This document shows positions 1 through 8,076 of a stretch of 64,000 nucleotides of DNA, piece by piece (within the stretch, counting starts at the first letter, position 1; each line of letters begins with the position of its first letter). This stretch comes from an uncultured Lachnospiraceae bacterium. GTDB lineage: Bacteria; Bacillota; Clostridia; Lachnospirales; Lachnospiraceae. The stretch spans positions 14,832 through 78,831 of the forward strand of contig ONHZ01000008.1 in NCBI GenBank assembly GCA_900317755.1. The letters run 5' to 3'. The notes under the pieces are model-generated. The model saw only the letters and a program-made list of their open reading frames with translations. It was not told the origin of the DNA and ran no database searches. The position numbers were made by a program, and so were the translations under genes.

Positions 1-364
1 GATCAGAAATAGCATCTTTAAACTCCGTCCCATTTGACTCCTGAAGGAGGGTCTGAATCTCGTCAATCGCATCGGCATTTGCCTGATAAAAAGACTGCCT
101 GCCATTCTCCGTCCTGTATGCCCTGTCAAGAAATTCGTCCCTTGCATGGATGACCTGGCCTATTTCAAGACCAGTGCCGTTTAACTGTGGAGAAACTGCA
201 GCAGAGGAAAATTTGTTATAATTTGTATCTTGAAAAGCGACCTGCTGACGGACATAGCCTGTCGTATCAATATTTGAGAGGTTGTTCGCGACGATATTCA
301 GGGCATTCTGCGCACCTCGAAGTCCTGACGAACCTACATATAAAGATCCAAAACCATTTGCCAT
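1..364 (-). CDS. flgK: flagellar hook-associated protein 1 (FlgK), N-terminal fragment running off the window
   Basis: Not in the ORF track because it is truncated. Hand translation from ATG at 364 downward gives MANGFGSLYVGSSGLRGAQNALNIVANNLSNIDTTGYVRQQV, the conserved flagellar rod/hook N-terminal motif. It follows flgM-flgN as in Bacillus. Confidence 0.65.
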   Translation of the reverse strand, partial: MANGFGSLYVGSSGLRGAQNALNIVANNLSNIDTTGYVRQQVAFQDTNYNKFSSAAVSPQLNGTGLEIGQVIHARDEFLDRAYRTENGRQSFYQANADAIDEIQTLLQESNGTEFKDAISD

Positions 365-417
365 ATCTGTCTCTTTCTCAAAAATTAATCAAGCAATTTA
401 CACTATTAGCAGCATCG

Positions 418-444
418 TACATCGCTCATCGTAATTATGCTTTA
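418..444 (-). promoter_or_regulatory. possible sigma-28 (FliA/SigD)-type promoter for flgK
   Basis: Minus strand reads TAAA-N15-GCGATGTA, a partial match to the TAAA-N15-GCCGATAT consensus. Confidence 0.3.
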
Positions 445-500
445 TAAAAACAAAAAGGAATCATATCCTGTAGACTTTTCTCCAGGATAAAAGATTCCTT
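445..500 (-). terminator. rho-independent terminator after flgN
   Basis: Inverted arms AAGGAATCATATCCTG / CAGGATAAAAGATTCCTT (455-500), followed on the minus strand by TTTTTGTTTTT. Confidence 0.6.
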
Positions 501-516
501 TAAGATTCCATTCTAT

Positions 517-1029
517 TTATTGTTTGAAGTCGAAACCGCTTCGTCCGAGAATGTCCCCGGTATTTTCAGCATCCCTGCCGTAGTTTGCTGTCTCAGGTGC
601 CTGCCGCATGCTCTTGTAAAGAGTGAGATCAAAATCGACCATTTCAATAGCCTGCTCTAATAAGACTTTGTTTTCCTGATTCAGAAACTGCATATTTGTC
701 GCACTCTTTATAAGCTCGTCACGAGCCTCGGTGAGTGCCTGTTTTTCTTCGTCCTGTCCCTTAAGTGAATCGATCACTTCTGTCACTGTAAGGATTTTGT
801 CATCATGACCGAGGACCGACGACATGTCCTTAAGTATCCTCGTCCGCTTCTGCTCTAGAGATTTCAAATGGTCTGACATCTCCTGCTCTTCATCCGTGAC
901 GGCGGTAAGGGTAGCTAAGTCTCTGTCGATGACAGCCTGTCGTTTCTTCTGTCCAAGAGAATAAAGGTCATCATAGCCTTTTTTCTCTTCTTCCATTGTG
1001 CCCTTTAGCTCTTCTGAAAGACTTGCCAA
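517..1029 (-). CDS. flgN: FlgN-like flagellar export chaperone
   Basis: 170-aa helical, acidic protein directly downstream of flgM and upstream of flgK. Its length and composition are typical of Gram-positive FlgN/YvyG. Confidence 0.55.
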   Translation of the reverse strand: MASLSEELKGTMEEEKKGYDDLYSLGQKKRQAVIDRDLATLTAVTDEEQEMSDHLKSLEQKRTRILKDMSSVLGHDDKILTVTEVIDSLKGQDEEKQALTEARDELIKSATNMQFLNQENKVLLEQAIEMVDFDLTLYKSMRQAPETANYGRDAENTGDILGRSGFDFKQ

Positions 1030-1055
1030 TTTAATGCTCCTTATTCAGAAAAACT

Positions 1056-1334
1056 TCAGACAAGCGAATCATATTTCGCAATGAGTACGGAAGCGAAATC
1101 ATCATAGTCCACGTCCGTATTGTTCTTGTACTTGTCCTTCATTGCAGAAACAACGTCTTCCCTGACATCAGGTGCATCTGCAACAGCTTTCTTTGCTGCA
1201 GCGAAGTCCTGGCCGAATGAAGAAATCTGAACCTCATCCTTCCTGCCAGTCTCTGTCTTGTTTACTGACTTTGCTCCGGAAGACCGCTTCGTACCGTAGA
1301 CCTGCGAAATAGCATTGTACGCATCTACTCTCAT
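1056..1334 (-). CDS. flgM: anti-sigma-28 factor FlgM
   Basis: 92 aa with N-terminus MRVDAYNAISQVY and C-terminal VREDVVSAMKDKYKNNTDVDYDDFASVLI, typical of FlgM. It has flgN/flgK context. Confidence 0.7.
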   Translation of the reverse strand: MRVDAYNAISQVYGTKRSSGAKSVNKTETGRKDEVQISSFGQDFAAAKKAVADAPDVREDVVSAMKDKYKNNTDVDYDDFASVLIAKYDSLV

Positions 1335-1382
1335 ACAAAGGCTCTCCTTTCTAAATCAAAAATCTTTATTGTTTCACTAATT

Positions 1383-1408
1383 GTATCGGTCGATTTGTTC
1401 AATACTTA
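1383..1408 (-). promoter_or_regulatory. sigma-28 (SigD/FliA)-type promoter upstream of flgM
   Basis: Minus strand reads TAAG-N15-CCGATAC, close to TAAA-N15-GCCGATAT. It lies about 50 nt upstream of the flgM start. Confidence 0.5.
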
Positions 1409-1605
1409 ACAAGGATTTTGAAATAAAAAAGTAAATTTCCCATGGCAATGCAGGGAAGATAATGTAAAAAATGCACAAAAATGCCCTTAGACAATGCACT
1501 CCATAATTTGCGGCTGATACAAATATTGAGAGTTTTGTCCAAGGACAGATTGCTGCTTATTTAATATGATAAGTATCAATATTCATTTCGACAATATCTA
1601 TTCAT

Positions 1606-2475
1606 TCACACCGGAAGACTTGGGTCAAATACCATGATTCCGATAAGGCCTGGACCGGTATTTATTGCCATCGTAGCTGAAATCTGCTTTGTATAGATAA
1701 GTTCCATGTCAGTAATTCGAGCCTTCAGTTCTTCTACTGAATGAAGCAGCATATCGTGAGCTTTGCCTTCCATGACTGTGACCCAGACATGTTTGTCACC
1801 GGCGTGTTCAACCATATCATCGATCAGAAGCCTGTTTGCCTGCTTCGTACCGCGGGCTTTTCCCGCTACATAATATTCGCCATCTTCATTGCAGGAAATA
1901 AGAGGCTTCAGCTTCAGGATATTGCCAACCATAGAAGAAACCTTGCCGATACGGCCACCCTTCTGCAGATAGGTAAGCGTGTCCATGTAATAAATAAGAT
2001 AAGGATCACGGATTTTTTTCTGCATGCCTTCTGTAACTTCTTTAAATGAAAGACCTTTTTCCTTTATCATACGGGCAGCCCAGTAAGCAAAAATTCCGGA
2101 GCCGCATGAAATATTCTTCGTATCAAATACGAAGAATTCAACTCCTTCTATATAATCTGCAGCAAGCTTCATGGCATTGTAAGTGCCGGAGAATTTTGAG
2201 GAAATCGCTACAGAAATAATATGCGTATAGCCCTCTTCTTTCAGTTTTCCATACAGACACTTGATCTCATCGATAGTCGGTGTCGATGTCTTCGGAATCT
2301 CATCTGGGAATCTGTCATATACCATCATGGGATCGATATCGACATCGTCGAAATATTCCTTTTCAGGATAATATACATGAAGCGGAAGCATCGTAATGCC
2401 GTATTCCTTCGCCAGATCCGCAGGAATATCGCAGCCTGTGTCCGCTACAATCGCTATCTTTTCTTCGCTCATCAT
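1606..2475 (-). CDS. DegV family fatty-acid-binding protein
   Basis: EKIAIVADTGCDIP N-terminus and overall DegV-like sequence. I moved the start from 2532 to the ATG pair at 2475/2472 next to GGAGAG. Confidence 0.85.
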   Translation of the reverse strand: MMSEEKIAIVADTGCDIPADLAKEYGITMLPLHVYYPEKEYFDDVDIDPMMVYDRFPDEIPKTSTPTIDEIKCLYGKLKEEGYTHIISVAISSKFSGTYNAMKLAADYIEGVEFFVFDTKNISCGSGIFAYWAARMIKEKGLSFKEVTEGMQKKIRDPYLIYYMDTLTYLQKGGRIGKVSSMVGNILKLKPLISCNEDGEYYVAGKARGTKQANRLLIDDMVEHAGDKHVWVTVMEGKAHDMLLHSVEELKARITDMELIYTKQISATMAINTGPGLIGIMVFDPSLPV

Positions 2476-2649
2476 TCTCTCCAAAGTCAATTTCGCAAAC
2501 ACTGTTGATGTGCTTGCGGTTCGCCGTTTCACGGCGTTATCTGTTAATTAATAACTTATACCTCAGGATGAAAACATTATGCTAGTTTCCTATTTGAAAA
2601 TCAATAAACTTTCTATTAACTTTTGTTCACAAAATATTCACAAAAATTA

Positions 2650-2676
2650 TTAGCACTCACTCTTGACGAGTGCTAA
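2650..2676. promoter_or_regulatory. CIRCE operator (HrcA binding site)
   Basis: Perfect TTAGCACTC-N9-GAGTGCTAA inverted repeat read directly from the sequence. Confidence 0.9.
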
Positions 2677-2691
2677 TAATCGTGTTATAAC
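2663..2691 (+). promoter_or_regulatory. sigma-A promoter of hsp20 overlapping CIRCE
   Basis: TTGACG (2663-2668), a 17-nt spacer, then TATAAC (2686-2691) preceded by TGT. The -35 box lies inside the CIRCE spacer and right arm. Confidence 0.55.
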
Positions 2692-2789
2692 TATACACGA
2701 TGAAAGGAAGAAAGAAATGAAAAAGAAATCTTCCAGACATCAAAAGTTATTGTTTATTACATATTACATTACTAAAGGAGGTAGTTATT

Positions 2790-3248
2790 ATGTTATTCCC
2801 TAGTGTATTTAATGATGGTTTCTTTAATGACTTTATGGATTTCCCAGTTGCTGGAAGCAAAGATGACGGCTTCGGTCATTTCCTTACACCGAACACCATG
2901 AATGGCTTCATGAACACCGATGTCAAGGATGCTGGCGATCACTATGAGATGGACATTGATCTCCCTGGCTTCAACAAGGAAGATATTACCGCAGAAGTAA
3001 AGGATGGCTATCTCACAGTTTCTGCAAACAAGGCTGAGAACAATGATGAAAAGGACAATGAAGGCCACTACATCAAGAGAGAGCGTTACACAGGCTCAAT
3101 GTCCAGAAGCTTCTATGTTGGCGAGGATGTCACAGAAAAAGATATTTCTGCAAAATTCAACAACGGCACGCTTTCTATCGCCGTTCCAAAGAAGGATGAA
3201 AAGAAGCCGGAAGTTGAAGACAAGCACCTTGTTGCAATCGAAGGATAA
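2790..3248 (+). CDS. Hsp20/alpha-crystallin family small heat-shock protein
   Basis: Alpha-crystallin domain (DVKDAGDHYEMDIDLPGFNKEDI ... GTLSIAVPK). AAAGGAGG RBS at 2774-2781. Confidence 0.9.
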   Translation: MLFPSVFNDGFFNDFMDFPVAGSKDDGFGHFLTPNTMNGFMNTDVKDAGDHYEMDIDLPGFNKEDITAEVKDGYLTVSANKAENNDEKDNEGHYIKRERYTGSMSRSFYVGEDVTEKDISAKFNNGTLSIAVPKKDEKKPEVEDKHLVAIEG

Positions 3249-3276
3249 TTTCACAATTCCACTTTTCTCCTAATCA

Positions 3277-3311
3277 AAAGGCCGTCCGGCGAAAACCGGA
3301 CGGTCTTTTGT
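3277..3311 (+). terminator. rho-independent terminator of hsp20
   Basis: GGCCGTCCGG / CCGGACGGTC stem followed by TTTTG. Confidence 0.75.
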
Positions 3312-3331
3312 ATTCACGCAAAAGAAATAGG

Positions 3332-3368
3332 CATTCAACTGTAAAAAACACAGCTGAATGTCTTTTTT
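3332..3368. terminator. second, probably bidirectional hairpin terminator
   Basis: CATTCAACTG / CAGCTGAATG stem, with a T-run on the plus strand and a U-rich tail on the minus strand downstream of the 3377-3598 gene. Confidence 0.5.
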
Positions 3369-3376
3369 GTTCCGGA

Positions 3377-3598
3377 TCATCTCATATTCTTAAGCATCTC
3401 GATAGCTTCCATGTCATCTGCATTTAGTTTCAGGTTTGCAGTCTTCTTCTCACCGCCAGGTGCAGTCACTGAAATCTCGATGACGCTGCCTTCTTTATAA
3501 TCATCTCTTGTCGCAGCAAAGAATGAAAAAATCTTCGGATGGTTCTCCTGAAATTTCTTCATAGAATTTGTAAGTTTCATCATATCCATAGGATTCAT
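3377..3598 (-). CDS. hypothetical 73-aa protein
   Basis: ORF track entry with non-repetitive sequence. I recognised no family. Confidence 0.5.
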   Translation of the reverse strand: MNPMDMMKLTNSMKKFQENHPKIFSFFAATRDDYKEGSVIEISVTAPGGEKKTANLKLNADDMEAIEMLKNMR

Positions 3599-3608
3599 TG
3601 CCGCCCCC

Positions 3609-3716
3609 TTATTTCTTCTTTGCGGCGTTCTTTCTCTTTAAGGCATCAAGCTGCTGCTTCATTCTCTTCTGCTCAGCTTCCTTGCTGTCCTTATTTTTCT
3701 TTCCCATCTTACTCAT
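3609..3716 (-). CDS. hypothetical 35-aa lysine-rich peptide
   Basis: Hand-read ORF MSKMGKKNKDSKEAEQKRMKQQLDALKRKNAAKKK preceded by a GAGGTGG RBS. It is below the ORF-track size cutoff. Confidence 0.35.
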   Translation of the reverse strand: MSKMGKKNKDSKEAEQKRMKQQLDALKRKNAAKKK

Positions 3717-3903
3717 ATATGCCACCTCATTTCTATTATTAACTTTCGTTTCTTCCTGCCGTCAAAAGCAAAGAATCATCTTATTGATGTCAAGATAATT
3801 TTTCATCAATTACTTATCATAAAATATTGTAACTGAACGACGTCCGACAGCAACTCTATATATTTACCATCAATTCAATATTCTGTCAAGTTCAAGCGAC
3901 TCA

Positions 3904-4743
3904 TCACATACCCTTTAATAATGTGAATGAACAAATGATTACGATAATACCAAGAGCGATTCTGTAGTAGCCAAACACCTTGAAGTCATGCTTCTTTACG
4001 AAGTCCATCAGGAAGCGAATGATGAAAAGCGAGACTACAAATGCAGTGATGCAGCCAACCAGGAGGACGCCAATCTCATGGCCTGAAAATGCTGCACCGA
4101 ATCTTGCAATCTTGAGGACCGATGCGCCAAGCATGACAGGGACTGCAAGGAAAAAGGTGTATTCAGCGGCGCAGGATCTTGAGACACCGATAATCATTGC
4201 ACCGATAATCGTCGCACCGGATCTCGAGGTTCCTGGAAAAATCGCAGCAAAAAGCTGGAAAATACCAATCATAAGAGCTGTCTTCCATGTGAACTGGCTG
4301 ATCTTCGTGATCGTAGGGCTCATGTCTTTTTCTATATTTTCAACGATAATGAAAACAATACCTACGATAATTAGTGCAAGTGCAACCGGAATCGGATGAT
4401 AGAAAAGCCGCTCGATGTCATCATCAAATTTGAAACCGACAATTGCAGCCGGTATGCAGGAGATAATGACCATAAGCCACATTCTCCAGACCTTCTTTTT
4501 GGAAATGACATGTCCCTCTTTCAAACCAAACGGCCATAGCCTTTTCCAGAACAGAAGAACTACTGCAAGAATCGCCCCAAACTGGATGACGACTTCATAC
4601 ATTGAATAAAAGTCTGCTGATGTATCACGAAACTGAAAGAATGGGATATTGTTTAATAAGAGCATGTGCCCGGTCGAGCTTATGGGCAGCCACTCAGTAA
4701 TTCCCTCGACAATTCCATAGATAAACGAAATAAAATAATCCAT
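3904..4743 (-). CDS. uppP: undecaprenyl-diphosphate phosphatase
   Basis: EGITEWLPISSTGH motif and a polytopic membrane profile typical of UppP/BacA. Confidence 0.9.
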   Translation of the reverse strand: MDYFISFIYGIVEGITEWLPISSTGHMLLLNNIPFFQFRDTSADFYSMYEVVIQFGAILAVVLLFWKRLWPFGLKEGHVISKKKVWRMWLMVIISCIPAAIVGFKFDDDIERLFYHPIPVALALIIVGIVFIIVENIEKDMSPTITKISQFTWKTALMIGIFQLFAAIFPGTSRSGATIIGAMIIGVSRSCAAEYTFFLAVPVMLGASVLKIARFGAAFSGHEIGVLLVGCITAFVVSLFIIRFLMDFVKKHDFKVFGYYRIALGIIVIICSFTLLKGM

Positions 4744-4917
4744 ATTGTCCTCACAAAATCAAATATTTACAAAAACAGAAAGTAGTATAACAGATATCAC
4801 CAGATAATATCCTAAATTTTCATAAATTTTCCAAAGAAAAAAGTTAATAAAAATTTAATATGCTTTATGGTTTTAATATTGTATAATTCAATGAGGTTTG
4901 TTTTTAGGAGATTATCA

Positions 4918-5643
4918 ATGTTTCGAGCACTTGTTACAGTATTATTCGTATTTGCCTTCATGATTATGTCGCTGGTCCTGCTGCCGGTCATGTGGGTGGT
5001 TTCAAAGATAAATCCATCTCTTGCGGAGAAGCAGAATTTTGCAATCGTAATGTGGGGCTTCCGCGTTATACGCGCTGTCTCAGGATCAAAGATGCATGTA
5101 AGCGGTCAGGAAAATATTCCTGAAGGCCAGTCTGTGATTTTTGCTGGAAACCACCAGAGCTACTTTGACATTATCTTGGGCTATCCTTATCTTCCAGTCC
5201 CGACTGCAATGCTTGCAAAAATCGAGCTTAAGAAATTCCCTATTGTCTCAAACTGGATGAAGAGAATCCACTGCATCTTCATTGACAGAAAAGATCCCCG
5301 CCAGGCCATCAAGGCGATTTCAGAAGCAAGCGAGGACATAAAGAATAATAAGACATCTGTCATGATTTTCCCTGAAGGCACTCGCTCTAAAGATGGTGAA
5401 GTTCATGAATTTAAGACGGGCTCACTCAAAGTAGCCACAAAGGCAAACTGCCCTATTATTCCTGTTGCCTTCCGCTACAGTGACAGTGTCTGGGAAAAGC
5501 ACTACAAGAAGCTTGTTCCACAGGATGTTTATATTACATTTCTTCCACCAGTCATTCCAGGCGAACTTGACAAGGAAGAAAAGAAACATATCGGGGATGT
5601 CGTACGAGAGAAAATCGTTAGTTATCTCAAATCTACCAATTGA
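4918..5643 (+). CDS. plsC: 1-acyl-sn-glycerol-3-phosphate acyltransferase
   Basis: HX4D block (NHQSYFD) and the FPEGTRS motif. I placed the start at ATG 4918, 8 nt after AGGAG; the ORF is open from 4867. Confidence 0.85.
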   Translation: MFRALVTVLFVFAFMIMSLVLLPVMWVVSKINPSLAEKQNFAIVMWGFRVIRAVSGSKMHVSGQENIPEGQSVIFAGNHQSYFDIILGYPYLPVPTAMLAKIELKKFPIVSNWMKRIHCIFIDRKDPRQAIKAISEASEDIKNNKTSVMIFPEGTRSKDGEVHEFKTGSLKVATKANCPIIPVAFRYSDSVWEKHYKKLVPQDVYITFLPPVIPGELDKEEKKHIGDVVREKIVSYLKSTN

Positions 5644-5737
5644 TTGCAAAAATTCCTGACATTTGCAGTAAAAGCAATGCCAGGAATTTATTCATTTCAT
5701 CATGTAACCGATATGATTCGCTACTTAATAGTATATA

Positions 5738-6397
5738 TTAGGCAAGTGCCCGAATTTCCTTAATCAGTTCTGCATACGATCTGTTTTTTCCGAAAAGCAG
5801 ATTTGTTCCAAGAACAAAGCCCTTCACCCCCATTGGTGCATATTTTTTTACCTTATCGGCTGTACACGAACCATCCCAGTAAACTTCAAATTTCATATCA
5901 TCTTTAAGCGAAAGCAGCCTTTCGTATTTCTCACCGACATAGGGAAGAAACATCTGGCCGGCGTTACCAGGATTTACAGACATTACCAATACTTTATCCA
6001 CAATTCGAAGCATCTCATATACAGTCTCAACAGAAGTGCCTGGATTAATAGCAATGCCAGGTATCATGCCATGGTCTATTACCTTCTGAAGCGTAGTTGA
6101 TGGATTGTACTCGGCCTCAGGATGAATGTATACTGTATCTCCTTCATGAAGTGCATTAAGGAAAAGATGGATATTATTGTTTGGGTGCTCAATCATCAGA
6201 TGCACATCAAGTGGCTTGTCTGTAAGAGAACGAACCGCCTTGAGATCATTTAAGGACATGGCAAAATTCGGAACATACCTGCCGTCCATTATGTCTATAT
6301 GAAAAGAATCGATTCCCGCCTCATCAAGTTCTGTAACCTCCCGCTCGAGATTTCTGAAATCAGCACACATGATGGATGCATTAAGTTCAAAATTCAT
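5738..6397 (-). CDS. ribulose-phosphate 3-epimerase family protein (allulose-6-P epimerase-like)
   Basis: SIMCADF ... HIDIMDGRYVPN ... DVHLM ... VMSVNPG motifs of the Rpe/AlsE family. Confidence 0.8.
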   Translation of the reverse strand: MNFELNASIMCADFRNLEREVTELDEAGIDSFHIDIMDGRYVPNFAMSLNDLKAVRSLTDKPLDVHLMIEHPNNNIHLFLNALHEGDTVYIHPEAEYNPSTTLQKVIDHGMIPGIAINPGTSVETVYEMLRIVDKVLVMSVNPGNAGQMFLPYVGEKYERLLSLKDDMKFEVYWDGSCTADKVKKYAPMGVKGFVLGTNLLFGKNRSYAELIKEIRALA

Positions 6398-6559
6398 ACC
6401 ATATCTCCTTTATAACCCCACTACCTGTTTCTTCAAACAGTAATAATTTAGTATTTTATCTCTTATTGAGAAAATATGCAATTCGTGTTAATATTGCTAA
6501 CTGCAAACACTTACTAAATTTGAAAATCTTCTTAATATTAATTTGAATTGGACAAAGAA

Positions 6560-7351
6560 ATGAGCACACCGAATTATATTTTCATGGACATAGATATGAC
6601 ACTCTGGGATGAATATCTGAATATCCCACAAAGCACCATAGAGGCAATTCACCTCGCACAGAAAAAAGGAAATAAGGTCTTCATAAATACCGGTCGCTCG
6701 AGATCGAACACCCACTACAAGCCGCTTTCCGACATTGGGTTTGATGGTATCATCTGCGCCTGTGGGGCACATATTGAAGAGGATGGGAAGATTCTTTCTG
6801 AAGTCGTGCTTCCATGGGAAGTAGTGGACAAGGCCATGAAGACCTTTAAGAAATACCATATGCCGGTTGTAGTCGAGGGGCGTGATTTTAATTATCTTAA
6901 TAAAGGCGACTTTTCAGATGATCCATATGTCATTGCACTGTGGGACCATCTCGGCGATTATGCGAGACCACTTTCGGCAATCGATGAAAAATCAAAGATA
7001 AATAAATTTTCTGCGGACATCACTGACATTACAGATTTTCCGAAGGTACAGGAAGCGCTTGAAAAAGACATGCACTTCATCTTCCACAACAGCACGATCA
7101 TTGAAATGTGCCCGAACGGAGTCTCTAAAGCCTCGGGTATGAAATGGCTTCTTGAGAAAGATAACATTCCGCTTGAAAATTCCTATGCCTTTGGTGACGG
7201 CATGAATGACTATGAGATGATTCAGGCAGCAGGCCACGGAATTGTCATGGGAAATGGGAATCCGAATCTCAAGAAGGTCGCTGACTACATCACGACAGAT
7301 ATTCATGATGATGGAATATATAATGCATTCAGGGAATTCGGACTGATATAA
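6560..7351 (+). CDS. Cof-type HAD-IIB family hydrolase
   Basis: FMDIDMTLW (DxD nucleophile motif), NTGRS, and the GDGMNDYEM C-terminal motif. The first ATG is at 6560; the track starts at TTG 6548. Confidence 0.85.
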   Translation: MSTPNYIFMDIDMTLWDEYLNIPQSTIEAIHLAQKKGNKVFINTGRSRSNTHYKPLSDIGFDGIICACGAHIEEDGKILSEVVLPWEVVDKAMKTFKKYHMPVVVEGRDFNYLNKGDFSDDPYVIALWDHLGDYARPLSAIDEKSKINKFSADITDITDFPKVQEALEKDMHFIFHNSTIIEMCPNGVSKASGMKWLLEKDNIPLENSYAFGDGMNDYEMIQAAGHGIVMGNGNPNLKKVADYITTDIHDDGIYNAFREFGLI

Positions 7352-7387
7352 AAAAAGTCCTGCAGATTGCTCTGCAGGACTTTTTGT
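7351..7387. terminator. bidirectional terminator between the Cof gene and mscL
   Basis: GTCCTGCAG / CTGCAGGAC stem flanked by an A-run and a T-run. Confidence 0.7.
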
Positions 7388-7410
7388 TCTAAAAATAATT
7401 TTTGATAAAA

Positions 7411-7881
7411 CTATTTCTGATTCTTCATCATATCGCGAATTTCGGTCAGAAGTTCTTCTTCCTTTGAAAGCTTTTCTTCTTCTTCCTCTTCCTTCTCTTC
7501 CTCGTTCTTCTTTGCAAGCTTCTCTGCGTTCTCACGAATCTTGTTCATCGTGCGGATCATGATGAAGAGAATCAGAGCTAAGATAATGAAATTAATCACA
7601 GCGGAAAGGAAGGCACCATAGGTAATCGTGGCGCTGCCAATCTTCACGGAAAGATCTTTGAATGAATTCGTCTTTACAAAGATTCCAATAAATGGCATCA
7701 GAATATCATCGACAAGGCTGTCTACGATTGCCTTGAATGCGGCACCAATGATGACGCCGACTGCCATATCCATGACGTTGCCCTTTGAAATGAATTCACG
7801 GAACTCACCGAAGAAACCCTTTGCAGCTTTCATGCTCTCATCGGCAAGATCCTTGCCGGTCTTCTTTTCTTTCTTTGCCAT
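7411..7881 (-). CDS. mscL: large-conductance mechanosensitive channel
   Basis: GNVMDMAVGVIIGAAF ... ILMPFIG core of MscL, with an E/K-rich C-terminal tail. Confidence 0.9.
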   Translation of the reverse strand: MAKKEKKTGKDLADESMKAAKGFFGEFREFISKGNVMDMAVGVIIGAAFKAIVDSLVDDILMPFIGIFVKTNSFKDLSVKIGSATITYGAFLSAVINFIILALILFIMIRTMNKIRENAEKLAKKNEEEKEEEEEEKLSKEEELLTEIRDMMKNQK

Positions 7882-7930
7882 CTTTTTTCCTCCTTACTAT
7901 TACATTCATACTCACGTCGCAAAGAAATGA

Positions 7931-8040
7931 ACATCTGAAAACCCGCTCCCGCTTATGACTCGACGTAGCGGCACTAAGCTCGCGCTATATCAAACGCTGC
8001 TCGCTAAGTGCCGACGTCCGAGTCATAGTTTTGCAGATGT
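7931..8040. repeat. 110-nt imperfect inverted repeat (long hairpin) downstream of thrS
   Basis: Outer arms are ACATCTGAAAAC / GTTTTGCAGATGT and inner arms are TATGACTCGACGTAGCGGCAC / GTGCCGACGTCCGAGTCATA. It probably acts as the thrS terminator. Confidence 0.6.
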
Positions 8041-8076
8041 CTCATTTTTTTACTCCGCTCGAGTATTATGTCAAAG

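Noticed and set aside
3539-3798. Plus-strand ORFs 3539-3742 and 3598-3798
   Set aside because: They give Ser/Phe/Leu-rich low-complexity translations antisense to the two small minus-strand genes and have no RBS.
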